Part shown: one piece after another, positions 38,136-48,047 of the stretch
Layout: each line of letters starts with the position of its first letter
Numbering within the stretch: the stretch's first letter is position 1
Assembly: GCA_011682385.1 (NCBI GenBank)
Contig: JAACET010000005.1
Location: forward strand, 1-50,349
Reading direction: 5' to 3'
Length of the DNA: 50,349 nt
Source of the DNA: Actinomycetota bacterium
Lineage (GTDB): Bacteria; Planctomycetota; Phycisphaerae; JAACET01
The notes under the pieces: model-generated
Seen by the model: only the letters and a program-made list of their open reading frames with translations
What the model was told of the DNA's origin: nothing
The model's database searches: none
Made by a program: the position numbers and the translations under genes

Positions 38136-41100
38136 TCAAGCAATCCGCTTCTTCTCCAATTGAATGTTCAGTCCCAGACCCCTAATTTCATTGCAGAGCA
38201 CGTCAAAACTAACCGGAGTACCAGCCTCCAAAGTGTTGCGGCCCTTAACCATGGATTCATATATCTTGGTGCGTCCCTCAACGTCGTCACTCTTGACCGT
38301 CAAAAGCTCCTGCAAGAAATAGGAGGCTCCGTAAGCCTCCAGTCCCCAGACCTCCATCTCACCAAAACGCTGGCCGCCAGTGCGAGCCTTGCCGCCCAAA
38401 GGCTGTTGCGTAATCAAAGAATACGGGCCGGTCGAACGGGCGTGGACCTTGTCGTCCACCAAATGGTGCAGCTTCATCATGTAAATCTGGCCCACAGTGA
38501 CCTTCTGCTCAAAAGGCTCACCAGTGCGGCCATCATAAAGCGTTACCTTGCCCTCAGCAGGCAATCCGGCGTCAATCAGGCATTGGCGGACCTCGGCCTC
38601 TGTGGCTCCATCAAAAACCGGACAAACAGCCTGAAAACCTAACCGAGATGCAGCCCAGCCCAAATGAGTCTCCAACAACTGGCCAAGGTTCATACGACTG
38701 GGTACGCCCAGAGGATTCAATAGAATCTGCACGGGAGTGCCGTCCTCCAGAAACGGCATGTCCTCCTCAGGAACAATCCGAGCAATGACTCCCTTGTTAC
38801 CGTGCCGGCCAGCCATCTTGTCGCCTACGGACAACTGACGCTTGGTAGCAACAAAAATCTTGACCATCTCCAATACGCCGGCAGGAAGCTCATCGCCACG
38901 CTTCATCTGAGCGAGACGCTTATCCCGATCGGCGCGAATCTCCATAATCCCGGGCCAAAGCTTGTCGTAAATGTCTATGCCAGCCTGACGCTTGGCAGAG
39001 GAGGCCTTGATCCAGTCCGTTGAAAAAGTCTCGATCTGCTCCATGAGAATATCAGCAGACTCAGAACGGCCAACCTTCTGCCTAGTAGTCGGGTCAACCA
39101 TGACAGAACCGCTGGCTGCGTTTATCTGCTCGCAGATCTGCTGGAATAACTTGATCATCTGATCATGATAGGATTGGCGGACGGCCTTCATCTGACGGGC
39201 GTGCTCGGCCTTCTGCTGGTCGGTCATGTGAGCGCGACGAGAAAAATGCTTGGCCCCAATAACCGTGCCCTCTTCCCCGGCAGGCAGTTCCAAAGAGTCG
39301 TTCTTAACATCCTCTCCGGCCCGGCCGAAAATGGCATGCAGCAGCTTCTCCTCAGGGGAAAGCTCTGTCTTGGACTTCGGCGATACCTTGCCAACCAAAA
39401 TGTCGCCAGGATGAACCACAGTACCAATGCGAACAATGCCGTTCTCGTCCAAATTAGCCAGGGCCTTCTCGGAGACATTGGGGATGTCCCGGGTGAATTC
39501 CTCACGACCCAGCTTGGTCTCGCGGACCTCGACCTCAAAATCGTCAATGTGAATGCTGGTAAAACGCTCTTCCTTAACCAGGGTCTCGGAGACGACAATG
39601 GCGTCCTCAAAGTTGTAGCCGTCAAAGGTCATAAAGGCCACCAAGACGTTCTTGCCCAGGGCCAACTCACCATTAACCGTGGCGGCACCGTCGGCAATGA
39701 CCTGGCCCTTCTTGACCCGCTCACCCTCTTTAATACACGGCTTCTGATCCAAACAGGTACGCTCATTCAGGCCGACAAACTTGCGCAGCTTATACTCATC
39801 GCCATTGTCCATGACGATATGCTCGGAATCGACATACTCGGCCCGGCCAGCCTTGGCGGCCCGAACAACCATACCGGAGTTCTCGGCCACAGCACGCTCG
39901 ACACCAGTGGCCACAACGGGAACCTCACACTCCAGCAAAGGCACGGCCTGACGCTGCATGTTCGAACCCATCAGGGCCCGGTTGGCGTCATCATGCTCCA
40001 AGAACGGTATCAATGCGGCTGAAATGCCGACCGTCTGGCGGGGAGAAACGTCAACAAAAGATACCTGCTCAGATGGTATCTGAGCGACCTCGCCGCGAAT
40101 GCGAGCAATGACCTCGCCGGAACGGACCCGCTTATTGGGAACATCCAAAACATCCGGCGGAGCCAACATGGTGACCATCTCCTCGTCGGCACGCAAATAG
40201 CGAATGTCGCCATTGACCTTGCCGTCCGTAACAACACGGTAAGGAGTGATCAGAAAACCATACTCATCTATACTGGCATATAAACTCAGCGAAGCAATCA
40301 AGCCGATGTTGGTGCCCTCAGGGGTCTCAATCGGACAAATTCGACCATAGTGGGAGATATGAACGTCGCGAACCTCAAAGCCGGCCCGCTTGCGATTCAA
40401 ACCGCCAGGACCCAGAGCTGAAAGTCGACGCTCATGATTGAGCTGACTGAGAGGATTGGTCTGGTCGACAACCTGGGACAATTCGCCCCGGCCAAAGAAG
40501 AAATCAATGGCTGAAGAAACACTCTTGGAGTTGACCAACTCAGCAATACGACCCATTTCATCCGGATTGGCTAAACTCATCCGCTCCTGAACGGTGCGGC
40601 GAAGCTTCAAAAACCCCTTACGCAACTCCTCAGTCGCCAACTCGCCAATAGTACGCAGACGACGGTTGCCCAAGTGGTCAATATCGTCAACCTGAAAAGC
40701 ATGGTCGCCACTACGCAAACCCATGAGGTACTTGAGGCAATTGAGGAAGTCCTCGGCCCGCAAGGTCATCTGATCTTCAATAAACTCCTGCTCAAACTTG
40801 CGGCAAATGCGGAATCGGCCGACACGGCCCAAACGATAGCGGTTGCGATCGAAAAACTTGTCCTGAAAAAGCTGCTTGGCCTTCTCCAACTGCGGAGGGT
40901 TACCAGGGCGAAGACGCTGATATATCCGCAACAAAGCCTGATCGTGATCAGAAGTGGGATCCTCGGCCAAGGTGTTAAGCAATAAAGGATCACTCAAACG
41001 ATCAATGACCTCAACCTTCTTGACGCCGGCTTCACGCAAACGGGAAATGGTATCGCCAATCTGTGAACCGGCCTTAAGCAAAGGCTCCTTGGACTCCGGA

Positions 41101-41819
41101 TCCGGGTCGGCTATGGTATCGGCTGTGTACATGCTCGGATCAAGATGGTCAAGGCCAACCTTCTTGGTATCGTAAAACTGCGAGACAATCTGAGAGTCGC
41201 TGGCGAAATCCTCACTGAGTGCACGCAAGAACATGGTGGCCGGCATCTTGCTCGACTGGTCAATGCGAACGACCAAAACGTCCTTCTTGGTAATATTGAC
41301 TTCAATCCATGAGCCACGCTCAGGAATGACGCGGCAGGCGTGGAAAAGACGGTCACCATCGGAGGAATCGACCACAAAATCAACGCCCGGACTGCGGTGC
41401 AACTGCGAAACAATGACCCGCTGAGCACCATTGATAATGAACTCGCCGCCGCCAAGCATGATGGGAATCTCACCGAGGTAAATCCCCTCCTCCTTGACCT
41501 CGGCACTATCCTTACGCAATAGACGGCAGAAAATCCGCAAAGGCATGCCGTAAGTCAAACGCAAGTCCTGGCACTGATCGGGAGCATAGCGCGGTCGGCC
41601 CAACTCATAATGACAATACTCAAGCGTGAGTTGGCCATCGTAGCTGGCGATAGGGAAAATCTCACGTAGAAGAGCCTCCAGGCCCTGCTCCTTTCTGCGG
41701 TGAGGATCAACGTCCTTCTGCAGAAACAGATCATAAGTGCGACGCTGAAGCTCAACCAAGTCCGGCAGCGGTACGGCGTCACCAATCTTGGAGAAGTCCC
41801 GAATGTTGGTCACCTGCAT
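38136..41819 (-). CDS. rpoB: DNA-directed RNA polymerase subunit beta
   Basis: 1227 aa; [13 protein letters not shown]; [10 protein letters not shown]. Confidence 0.98.
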   Translation of the reverse strand: MQVTNIRDFSKIGDAVPLPDLVELQRRTYDLFLQKDVDPHRRKEQGLEALLREIFPIASYDGQLTLEYCHYELGRPRYAPDQCQDLRLTYGMPLRIFCRLLRKDSAEVKEEGIYLGEIPIMLGGGEFIINGAQRVIVSQLHRSPGVDFVVDSSDGDRLFHACRVIPERGSWIEVNITKKDVLVVRIDQSSKMPATMFLRALSEDFASDSQIVSQFYDTKKVGLDHLDPSMYTADTIADPDPESKEPLLKAGSQIGDTISRLREAGVKKVEVIDRLSDPLLLNTLAEDPTSDHDQALLRIYQRLRPGNPPQLEKAKQLFQDKFFDRNRYRLGRVGRFRICRKFEQEFIEDQMTLRAEDFLNCLKYLMGLRSGDHAFQVDDIDHLGNRRLRTIGELATEELRKGFLKLRRTVQERMSLANPDEMGRIAELVNSKSVSSAIDFFFGRGELSQVVDQTNPLSQLNHERRLSALGPGGLNRKRAGFEVRDVHISHYGRICPIETPEGTNIGLIASLSLYASIDEYGFLITPYRVVTDGKVNGDIRYLRADEEMVTMLAPPDVLDVPNKRVRSGEVIARIRGEVAQIPSEQVSFVDVSPRQTVGISAALIPFLEHDDANRALMGSNMQRQAVPLLECEVPVVATGVERAVAENSGMVVRAAKAGRAEYVDSEHIVMDNGDEYKLRKFVGLNERTCLDQKPCIKEGERVKKGQVIADGAATVNGELALGKNVLVAFMTFDGYNFEDAIVVSETLVKEERFTSIHIDDFEVEVRETKLGREEFTRDIPNVSEKALANLDENGIVRIGTVVHPGDILVGKVSPKSKTELSPEEKLLHAIFGRAGEDVKNDSLELPAGEEGTVIGAKHFSRRAHMTDQQKAEHARQMKAVRQSYHDQMIKLFQQICEQINAASGSVMVDPTTRQKVGRSESADILMEQIETFSTDWIKASSAKRQAGIDIYDKLWPGIMEIRADRDKRLAQMKRGDELPAGVLEMVKIFVATKRQLSVGDKMAGRHGNKGVIARIVPEEDMPFLEDGTPVQILLNPLGVPSRMNLGQLLETHLGWAASRLGFQAVCPVFDGATEAEVRQCLIDAGLPAEGKVTLYDGRTGEPFEQKVTVGQIYMMKLHHLVDDKVHARSTGPYSLITQQPLGGKARTGGQRFGEMEVWGLEAYGASYFLQELLTVKSDDVEGRTKIYESMVKGRNTLEAGTPVSFDVLCNEIRGLGLNIQLEKKRIA

Positions 41820-41911
41820 AAGCGAACTCCGTGAAGAACAAGCCTACGGCCTGCGGAAAACAAGTCCCGGCCAAGCCCACTCAAATTCCAATGTGCAAAC
41901 TCAGGGCTTGC

Positions 41912-42325
41912 TTACTTAATCTCTACTTCGGCGCCGTGAGACTCCAGCTCGGTCTTAAAGGCCTCGGCGTCTTCCTTGCTCAGGCCCTCCTTGACCGTGG
42001 TGGGAGCCTTCTCCACCAACTCCTTGGCCTCTTTCAGGCCCAAACTGGTGGCAGCCCGAACGGTCTTAATGACCTGAATCTTCTTGTCGCCAATAGCCTT
42101 GAGAACGACATCAAAGGCTGTCTTCTCCTCCTCGACCGGGGCAGCAGCCTCGGCAGCAGGACCGGCAGCAACAGCTACCGCAGCAGCAGCCGGCTCAATG
42201 CCATGGACGTCCTTAAGATAATCACCAAGCTCCTGAGCCTTAAGCAAAGACAACTCGACAATCTTGTCACCAAGCTCCGTAACATCCTTGGACCACTGGC
42301 GGGTGGTTTCCTGTTGGTCAGCCAT
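41912..42325 (-). CDS. rplL: 50S ribosomal protein L7/L12
   Basis: Ala/Pro hinge [18 protein letters not shown] plus C-terminal domain [12 protein letters not shown]...AEVEIK. ATG at 42325 with GGAGG 11 nt upstream. The start is less certain; an alternative ATG is at 42343. Confidence 0.9.
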   Translation of the reverse strand: MADQQETTRQWSKDVTELGDKIVELSLLKAQELGDYLKDVHGIEPAAAAVAVAAGPAAEAAAPVEEEKTAFDVVLKAIGDKKIQVIKTVRAATSLGLKEAKELVEKAPTTVKEGLSKEDAEAFKTELESHGAEVEIK

Positions 42326-42406
42326 TTCTGTGATAACCTCCATCAAGCGGGCGCTCTAACTTTTGATTATTACGCCTGGCTAAAAAGTAGTATGCAAAAC
42401 AAACAT

Positions 42407-43111
42407 TCACTGCTGGTCCGAGGACTGCTGCTGATCAGTAGCCGAGTCAGAAGCGGACTCGGTAGCATCTTGCTTTTCAGCAGTAGCATCCTGCGACTCA
42501 GCGGGTTCGGTCGATTCAGTAGATTCAGCCGTCGCAGACTCAGAAGCGTCGGCTGGGTGAGCCTGGGAACCGAGCTTCTCAACAAGGGCCTCGACAGCTC
42601 CGGCAATACGACCGGCAGGAGACAAAAGAGCTGAAGCAATCCCCCGGCCAGGCGAAAGAACCAAACAAACTATCTGAGCAGACAGCTCGGCCTTGTTGGG
42701 CATGGTGGCCAACTTCCGAACCTGCTCCACCGAAAAAACCTGACCCTCAACAAATGCACCACGAACACTAAAAACGTCAACTTTACGAGCAAAATCAACC
42801 ATCTCCCGGGCTACGTCAACCACAGACTCCCCACCATAACAAATAGCACTGGGAGTATCTAAAAGCTCAGCAGCTACGGCCATATCCAATTCGGCCAAGG
42901 CCAGGCGAGCCAGAGAATTCCTGACCACCATCATCTTGATCTTCTTGGCGTGCAAGGCAGCACGTAACTGATTGCTGGTGATAACATCAAGGCCCACAGG
43001 ACAGACAACCACAAAGGATTGCAGGCCCTGCCAATTCTCAACCAACTCTTTAACCAAAAGGTTTTTAATACGAGCAGGATTCCTGGCCCCAACTTTTACT
43101 TCACTAACCAT
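42407..43111 (-). CDS. rplJ: 50S ribosomal protein L10 with a 54-aa acidic Ser/Thr-rich C-terminal tail
   Basis: Operon position between rplA and rplL; LRAALHAKKIKMMVVRNSLARLA; tail GSQAHPADASESATAESTES...DQQQSSDQQ. Confidence 0.93.
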   Translation of the reverse strand: MVSEVKVGARNPARIKNLLVKELVENWQGLQSFVVVCPVGLDVITSNQLRAALHAKKIKMMVVRNSLARLALAELDMAVAAELLDTPSAICYGGESVVDVAREMVDFARKVDVFSVRGAFVEGQVFSVEQVRKLATMPNKAELSAQIVCLVLSPGRGIASALLSPAGRIAGAVEALVEKLGSQAHPADASESATAESTESTEPAESQDATAEKQDATESASDSATDQQQSSDQQ

Positions 43112-43124
43112 AAGTCTATTCCAC

Positions 43125-43805
43125 CTAAGAAACGGCTACGGCAACCGACGGACTCATCGAACCGGAAATATGAGCACCAAGCATATAAGTGCCCTTGGCA
43201 GTGGTCGGCTTGAGCCGACGAATGTGCCCCAGCAAAAAATCTATATTGGTCACCAAGTCGTCCTCTGAAAAACTCAGCTTGCCAACAACCGTGTGAATGT
43301 TGCCGCCGGAATCGTTGCGAAACTCAACCTTGCCGGCAGCATACTCACCAACGGCCTTGGCAAAATCGGCTGTAACCGTTCCGGTCTTGGGCGAAGGCAT
43401 CTTGCCCTGTGGGCCAAGGACACGGCCCAAACGGGATACCTTGCTCATGATCTGAGGCACGGCAATGGCTACGTCAAAGTCCATCCAGCCGTCCTGGACC
43501 TTCTTAATGAGCTCATCAGCGCCGGCCTCGGAGGCACCGGCGGCCTTGGCCTGCTCAGCCTGATCGTCAGGACAAAAAACAATGACCCGCCGACTCTTGC
43601 CAATACCCTTGGGTAAAGATATCGAGCCGCGAATCATCTGGTCGGCCTGCTTGGGGTCTATACCCAAACGAATCACACAATCAACAGTCTGATCAAACTT
43701 GGTATCACTAAAACTCTTGAGCTTGGCCACAGCTTCACTAACACTCAAGGGCTGTTCAGGCTGCTTCTCGGCCAAGGCTTGGTATCTCTTGCTGCGAGGA
43801 CGCAC
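43125..43805 (-). CDS. rplA: 50S ribosomal protein L1
   Basis: A GTG at 43805 with AAGGAG 9 nt upstream is preferred. The longer ORF-track N-terminus (GGYLSFPRKRESR) is a translation of F2/F1 repeats. KRYQALAEK... follows. Confidence 0.92.
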   Translation of the reverse strand: MRPRSKRYQALAEKQPEQPLSVSEAVAKLKSFSDTKFDQTVDCVIRLGIDPKQADQMIRGSISLPKGIGKSRRVIVFCPDDQAEQAKAAGASEAGADELIKKVQDGWMDFDVAIAVPQIMSKVSRLGRVLGPQGKMPSPKTGTVTADFAKAVGEYAAGKVEFRNDSGGNIHTVVGKLSFSEDDLVTNIDFLLGHIRRLKPTTAKGTYMLGAHISGSMSPSVAVAVS

Positions 43806-43826
43806 TATTGAAAACTCCTTAGAAGC

Positions 43827-43857
43827 CCTGGATTCCCGCTTCCGCGGGAATGACAAA
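43827..43857 (+). repeat. F2 palindrome in the rplK-rplA spacer
   Basis: cctggATTCCCGCttccGCGGGAATgacaaa, i.e. the ATTCCC-N8-GGGAAT architecture. Confidence 0.85.
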
Positions 43858-43858
43858 T

Positions 43859-43886
43859 AACCCCCGGCACGTGGGCCGAGGGCATT
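43859..43886 (+). repeat. F1 GC hairpin in the rplK-rplA spacer
   Basis: aaCCCCCGGCacgtggGCCGaGGGcatt, immediately 3' of the F2 copy. The pairing is the same as at 2656-2719. Confidence 0.85.
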
Positions 43887-43892
43887 AGACAT

Positions 43893-44321
43893 TCAATCGA
43901 CTACTTTCAGCCCCATACTGCGAGCAGTGCCGGCAATGATCCGCTGGGCATGGTCGGCATCAAAGGCATTGAGGTCCTTCATCTTGGTCTGAGCAATCTC
44001 AGCTATCTGGGCCTTGCTGACCTTGCCCACAGGTTCCTCTTTGCCGGTGGTGCCGGAACCCTTGGCCAATCCCGCAGCCTGCTTGAGCAAAACCGCAGCG
44101 GGCGGACTCTTCAAAATAAAACTAAAACTCCGGTCGGCATAAACAGTAATCTCGGCCGGCACGATCATGCCATTGTACTGGCGGGTCTGCTCATTGAACT
44201 GCTGGACAAACTGGCCAATGTTCACCCCGTGCTGACCCAAAGCAGGGCCGACCGGAGGAGCAGGCGTAGCCTGACCACCTTTAGCCTGTATCTTTATCTT
44301 GGCGGTAATCTGTTTGGCCAT
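43893..44321 (-). CDS. rplK: 50S ribosomal protein L11
   Basis: [35 protein letters not shown]. Confidence 0.96.
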   Translation of the reverse strand: MAKQITAKIKIQAKGGQATPAPPVGPALGQHGVNIGQFVQQFNEQTRQYNGMIVPAEITVYADRSFSFILKSPPAAVLLKQAAGLAKGSGTTGKEEPVGKVSKAQIAEIAQTKMKDLNAFDADHAQRIIAGTARSMGLKVVD

Positions 44322-44372
44322 GTGATATCCATATCAAAAATCAAATATCAAAAATACAAAGCGAAAATCGAA
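44322..44372 (-). repeat. heptad tract filling the whole nusG-rplK spacer
   Basis: The minus strand reads TTCGATT TTCGCTT TGTATTT TTGATAT TTGATTT TTGATAT GGATATC AC, then the ATG. Confidence 0.85.
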
Positions 44373-45140
44373 TTAGGCCGGCTCTAACTGCCAGTACTCC
44401 AACTCCAAAGGAGTGGCCCGGCCAAAAATAGTCACAATAACGCGAACAACTCCCTTGTCCGCCAAAATCTCATCAACGGCACCCTCAAAGTTCTCAAAGG
44501 GACCTTCACGAATCTTGACCTGATGGCCCTTCTTGAAATCAATGTTCAAGGAGGGTAAATCCTCAGGCTTCTCGGCCTGGGCCAACATCTTGTCCACATC
44601 GTGATCCCGCATGGGAGTGGGCTTGCCCAAAGCACCAATGAAATCGCCGACGCCGACAGTCTCCTTAATGGTAAACCAAGGCTTCTCCGGAATACTGCCG
44701 TCAGGCTCCAGAGCCATCTCCACAAAAACATAACCAGGATACAGCTTACGCTGTTGGACACGCTGATGGCCGCCCTTGATCCGCTTGACCCGCTCAGAAG
44801 GAACCAAAATCCGGCCGACATACTCCTCCAAGCCCTCGATCTTAACCTTCTTCTCCAAAGTCTCGCGAACAACGTCCTCCTTGTTGGAAGCAACACGAAG
44901 AACCAACCACTTCTTGTCGTTGCCTTCGGAGGGCTTAAGCTCTTCTACGTTTTCAGCGTTTTCGGGCTCTTCAACCTTCTCCTGCTCTTGCAGTGCAGCA
45001 TCCGAGGCTGTCGGCTGGCCACTATCATCCGGGACGGGAACCTCCGGAGTATCCAATTGCTCGGTCGGCTCGGAGGCAGCGGCACTATCGAGAGGCTCTG
45101 GCTGCTCGGAATTCTGGGCTATATCATCGTTCTGGGCCAT
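44373..45140 (-). CDS. nusG: transcription termination/antitermination factor NusG with a ~75-aa acidic N-terminal extension
   Basis: The NGN domain starts at about KKWLVLRVASNKED; KOW motif FKKGHQVKIREGPFENFEGAV. Confidence 0.94.
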   Translation of the reverse strand: MAQNDDIAQNSEQPEPLDSAAASEPTEQLDTPEVPVPDDSGQPTASDAALQEQEKVEEPENAENVEELKPSEGNDKKWLVLRVASNKEDVVRETLEKKVKIEGLEEYVGRILVPSERVKRIKGGHQRVQQRKLYPGYVFVEMALEPDGSIPEKPWFTIKETVGVGDFIGALGKPTPMRDHDVDKMLAQAEKPEDLPSLNIDFKKGHQVKIREGPFENFEGAVDEILADKGVVRVIVTIFGRATPLELEYWQLEPA

Positions 45141-45163
45141 GCCGGACTCTCAAAAGCCAAAAC

Positions 45164-45544
45164 TTAAAACTGCTGTACACCAACCCATTGGAGTAACTTG
45201 TGCCAACCCAAATCAACCAAGGCTAACACGGCTCCCATAATCATCAAAACCACAATGACCACCTTGGTCGAACCAATGATCTCCTTCTTGCTAGACCAGG
45301 AGACCTTCTTCATCTCGCCCTCAGTGGCAATCATAAAATCAGCAGCCCTCTTGCTGTTGACCACCCGCAAAAGGATATAAAAACATACGGCCATGATTCC
45401 CAAGGGAACGGCCGTCTGCACGACAGGAGAAAGACCAGCTAACTGTTGCCAGGCATACCAGGCTCCGACAACCACCAATATGCCCACACCCGTAACGGTG
45501 CCCAATCTGGTCCAGCGTCCCTGTGTCTTTCTGTAAATCTGCAT
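45164..45544 (-). CDS. secE: preprotein translocase subunit SecE (3-TM form)
   Basis: C-terminal FMIATEGEMKKVSWSSKKEIIGSTKVVIVVLMIMGAVLALVD. The ATG at 45544 is preferred to the TTG at 45586, which lies 11 nt from tRNA-Trp. The start is uncertain. Confidence 0.85.
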   Translation of the reverse strand: MQIYRKTQGRWTRLGTVTGVGILVVVGAWYAWQQLAGLSPVVQTAVPLGIMAVCFYILLRVVNSKRAADFMIATEGEMKKVSWSSKKEIIGSTKVVIVVLMIMGAVLALVDLGWHKLLQWVGVQQF

Positions 45545-45596
45545 ATTGCCGGCACCATAACCGCTGGACAGCCTGAAACTCACCAAGCCCTAACAA

Positions 45597-45670
45597 CAGG
45601 CCAGGAGGGATTCGAACCCCCAACCCCCGCGTTTGGAGCGCGGTGCTCTGCCAATTAGAGCTACTGGCCT
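45597..45670 (-). tRNA. tRNA-Trp (anticodon CCA)
   Basis: Reverse complement AGGCCAGTAGCTCTAATTGGCAGAGCACCGCGCTCCAAACGCGGGGGTTGGGGGTTCGAATCCCTCCTGGCCTG. Anticodon loop CTCCAAA. Canonical position before secE. Confidence 0.92.
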
Positions 45671-45715
45671 GTCCGGGGTAAAATCGAATTCCCTGTCGTC
45701 ACTTCAGCCGTGAAA

Positions 45716-45880
45716 TCATTTCTTCCGACTGAGCTTGTGAAGCGTCCTCTTACGCAACCTGGGGCAGTACTTCAGAAGCTCCAACTTCTTAGTAGCTGCA
45801 CGGACCTGGACGCGATAATTGCGATCTCCAGTCTCGCTACATTCCAACCACACCCATTCCCTAGCGGGGCCTTTGGCCAT
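45716..45880 (-). CDS. rpmG: 50S ribosomal protein L33
   Basis: [57 protein letters not shown] at 45880 with AGAGG upstream. The longer ORF-track N-terminus is a translated F1 repeat. Confidence 0.92.
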   Translation of the reverse strand: MAKGPAREWVWLECSETGDRNYRVQVRAATKKLELLKYCPRLRKRTLHKLSRKK

Positions 45881-45926
45881 CGATGAGACCTCTACATATT
45901 TCTTGAGACTACAAGACTGCGGAATA

Positions 45927-45954
45927 TACCCCCAGCACATGGGCCGGGGGCATT
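45927..45954 (+). repeat. F1 GC hairpin in the tuf-rpmG spacer
   Basis: taCCCCCaGCacatggGCCGGGGGcatt. Confidence 0.8.
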
Positions 45955-45986
45955 TACGCAATTCTTTGACTGTACTTATCCCTAAC

Positions 45987-47204
45987 CTAGGCGATCACCT
46001 TGACCACTACACCAGCACCAACAGTGCGGCCGCCTTCACGCACGGCAAACCTCAAACCCTCTTCCATGGCAATCGGTGAGCCGATCTCCACCTCCGTGAC
46101 GATGTTGTCGCCAGGAAGGCACATCTCAGCTTCCTTGCCACTCTCAGAAACCAACTTGTGAACAGAACCAGTCACGTCTGTAGTGCGGAAGTAAAACTGC
46201 GGTCGATAGCCAGGGAAAAACGGCGTATGTCGGCCACCCTCGGCCTTGGTCAAGACGTAAATCTGAGCTTGAAACTTGGTGTGCGGAGTAATACTGCCGG
46301 GCTTGGCCAATACCTGGCCACGAGTGAGGTCCTTCTTCTCCACACCCCTGAGCAAACAACCGACGTTGTCGCCAGCTTGGCCCTCGTTGAGGGTCTTATT
46401 AAACATCTCCACGCCAGTAACGACTGTCTTACGAGGCTCAGGAGCCAACCCGACGACCTCAACCTCGTCGCCAATCTTGACCATGCCACGCTCAATTCTG
46501 CCGGTACCAACAGTGCCGCGACCCTTAATACTGAAGACGTCCTCAATGGGCAGAAGGAACGGTAAATCAACCTCGCGGGTGGGCTCAGGAATGTAAGTGT
46601 CCAGGGCCTCAATCAACTCCTTAATGCTCTGCTCAGCCGCCTCTTCGCCCTTTAGGGCACCTAAGGCTGAACCCTTAATCACCGGAATATCGTCACCAGG
46701 GAACTCGTACTTGCTGAGCAACTCGCGGACTTCAAGCTCAACAAGCTCAATCAGCTCAGGATCGTCAACCAAGTCAACCTTATTCAGGAAAACAACCAGA
46801 GCCGGTACGTTCACCTGCCTAGCTAAAAGGACGTGCTCACGCGTCTGCATCATAGGACCATCAGCGGCAGAAACCACCAGAATGGCCCCGTCCATCTGAG
46901 CGGCACCGGTAATCATGTTCTTGATATAGTCGGCGTGGCCCGGACAGTCGATGTGAGCATAGTGACGGTTGGCAGAAGAATACTCGACGTGAGCGACAGC
47001 AATGGTCAGAATCTTTGTGGGATCCCGTCGGCCGTCCTTCTCCGATGCCTTGGCCACCTGATCGTAACTGATCAATTTGGCTAACCCGTCCTTGGCCAAT
47101 ACCGATGTGATGGCAGACGTTAGAGTGGTCTTGCCATGGTCAACGTGCCCAATAGTACCCACGTTAACGTGCGGCTTGGTTCGCTCAAATACCTCCTTCG
47201 CCAT
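45987..47204 (-). CDS. tuf: elongation factor Tu
   Basis: [23 protein letters not shown]; AAGGAAGG Shine-Dalgarno upstream. Carries a 5-residue longer, divergent effector-loop segment (res 51-70). Confidence 0.98.
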   Translation of the reverse strand: MAKEVFERTKPHVNVGTIGHVDHGKTTLTSAITSVLAKDGLAKLISYDQVAKASEKDGRRDPTKILTIAVAHVEYSSANRHYAHIDCPGHADYIKNMITGAAQMDGAILVVSAADGPMMQTREHVLLARQVNVPALVVFLNKVDLVDDPELIELVELEVRELLSKYEFPGDDIPVIKGSALGALKGEEAAEQSIKELIEALDTYIPEPTREVDLPFLLPIEDVFSIKGRGTVGTGRIERGMVKIGDEVEVVGLAPEPRKTVVTGVEMFNKTLNEGQAGDNVGCLLRGVEKKDLTRGQVLAKPGSITPHTKFQAQIYVLTKAEGGRHTPFFPGYRPQFYFRTTDVTGSVHKLVSESGKEAEMCLPGDNIVTEVEIGSPIAMEEGLRFAVREGGRTVGAGVVVKVIA

Positions 47205-47311
47205 TTGACACCAACCTTCCTTTTACTGAACAAGTAGTACTGAAGACAGTCGGGCCATCGCCAGAGCAATAACAACTGACCCAACAAAACAATTCACCTA
47301 TGTCCATAAGA

Positions 47312-47383
47312 AGCTGCTGATGGGGGTCGAACCCATGACCCCGTCCTTACCAAGGACGTGCTCTACCACTGAGCTACAGCAGC
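47312..47383 (-). tRNA. tRNA-Thr (anticodon GGT)
   Basis: Reverse complement GCTGCTGTAGCTCAGTGGTAGAGCACGTCCTTGGTAAGGACGGGGTCATGGGTTCGACCCCCATCAGCAGCT. Anticodon loop TTGGTAA. Lies upstream of tuf. Confidence 0.92.
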
Positions 47384-47564
47384 GCAGCTAAATACACTCG
47401 AGCCGCCCTCAGAGGCCAAAATTCACCCCTATCGCAACACGCGATAGATGTGCCATCATATACAACAGGACAGCAAGCCAGCTTAGCTACAACTGTCCTG
47501 TCAGCAACACCCTATTATACAACGTCGCCAGCTCTCAATGATAACCAGCGATCCGGAAACGAGT

Positions 47565-47636
47565 AACATAGGGTGTGAATGGTAGAGCGTCAACAAAAAA
47601 TCTTACAAAATAGAAAAATTTTTTTCCTTTTTTTCA
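47565..47636 (-). promoter_or_regulatory. candidate strong sigma70-type promoter with an A/T-rich UP-like element, facing tRNA-Thr/tuf
   Basis: On the minus strand, TTGACG (47593-47588), a 17-nt spacer, then TATGTT (47570-65). It is preceded by aaaaaaaggaaaaaaatttttctattttgtaagatttttt (47594-47636). A perfect TATAAT also occurs at 47519-47514 but with a poor -35. Confidence 0.5.
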
Positions 47637-47899
47637 ACCCTATCCGACAGAGATATCCTCCAGAACAGGACATTATTATCGGCACAAGTACCCAACATCT
47701 TTTGCCAAAAGACGTTATATCGCACGGAAGCCAACAAGTGCCGAATGTTCGGCAAGAAATACAAGCCCGGCAAGGTCCGATATTATCAAGACGGCCAGTG
47801 TAGATACGGCCATCGGGATAAAGGACAGATGACCCGGGTGCAGGTCATCTTTGCAAGTGCAAGATAGTCAGATACGGTTTCGGGGAAATTACAGCGCTG

Positions 47900-47927
47900 G
47901 CCCCCCGGCACGTAGTCCGAGGGCATT
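47900..47927 (+). repeat. F1 hairpin, degenerate copy
   Basis: gCCCCCCGGCacgtagtCCGaGGGcatt. Confidence 0.7.
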
Positions 47928-48018
47928 CAAATAAAGGTTCACCATCCTTTTAGGTTCTCATCCGTAAAGCCTACCAAACGCGATAGGTGCCCAGATAATC
48001 CATCAAAGCAAAAGTTCA

Positions 48019-48047
48019 TTGTCCAAAGCGATAAGTAAGAGTATCAT
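48019..48047 (+). promoter_or_regulatory. candidate promoter giving a leaderless or near-leaderless mRNA for the peptidase gene
   Basis: TTGTCC (48019-24), a 17-nt spacer, then TATCAT (48042-47). The ATG is at 48054 and no Shine-Dalgarno is present in ataaaatt. Confidence 0.35.

Noticed and set aside
43806-43892. Longer N-termini given by the ORF track for rplA (43892), the enolase-like gene (8240), rpmG (45961), rplN (25279), rpsD (17209), rpsM (18105), rplQ (15478) and rpsE (22215).
   Set aside because: The extensions translate repeat DNA ([28 protein letters not shown]) or overlap the upstream cistron. Canonical N-termini with Shine-Dalgarno-like sequences occur at the internal ATG or GTG codons used in the feature table.
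47579-47803. 74-aa ORF in the long intergenic region.
   Set aside because: It starts inside the A/T-rich UP-like block, has no Shine-Dalgarno, and shows low-complexity, non-conserved-looking sequence. It more likely lies in non-coding regulatory DNA.
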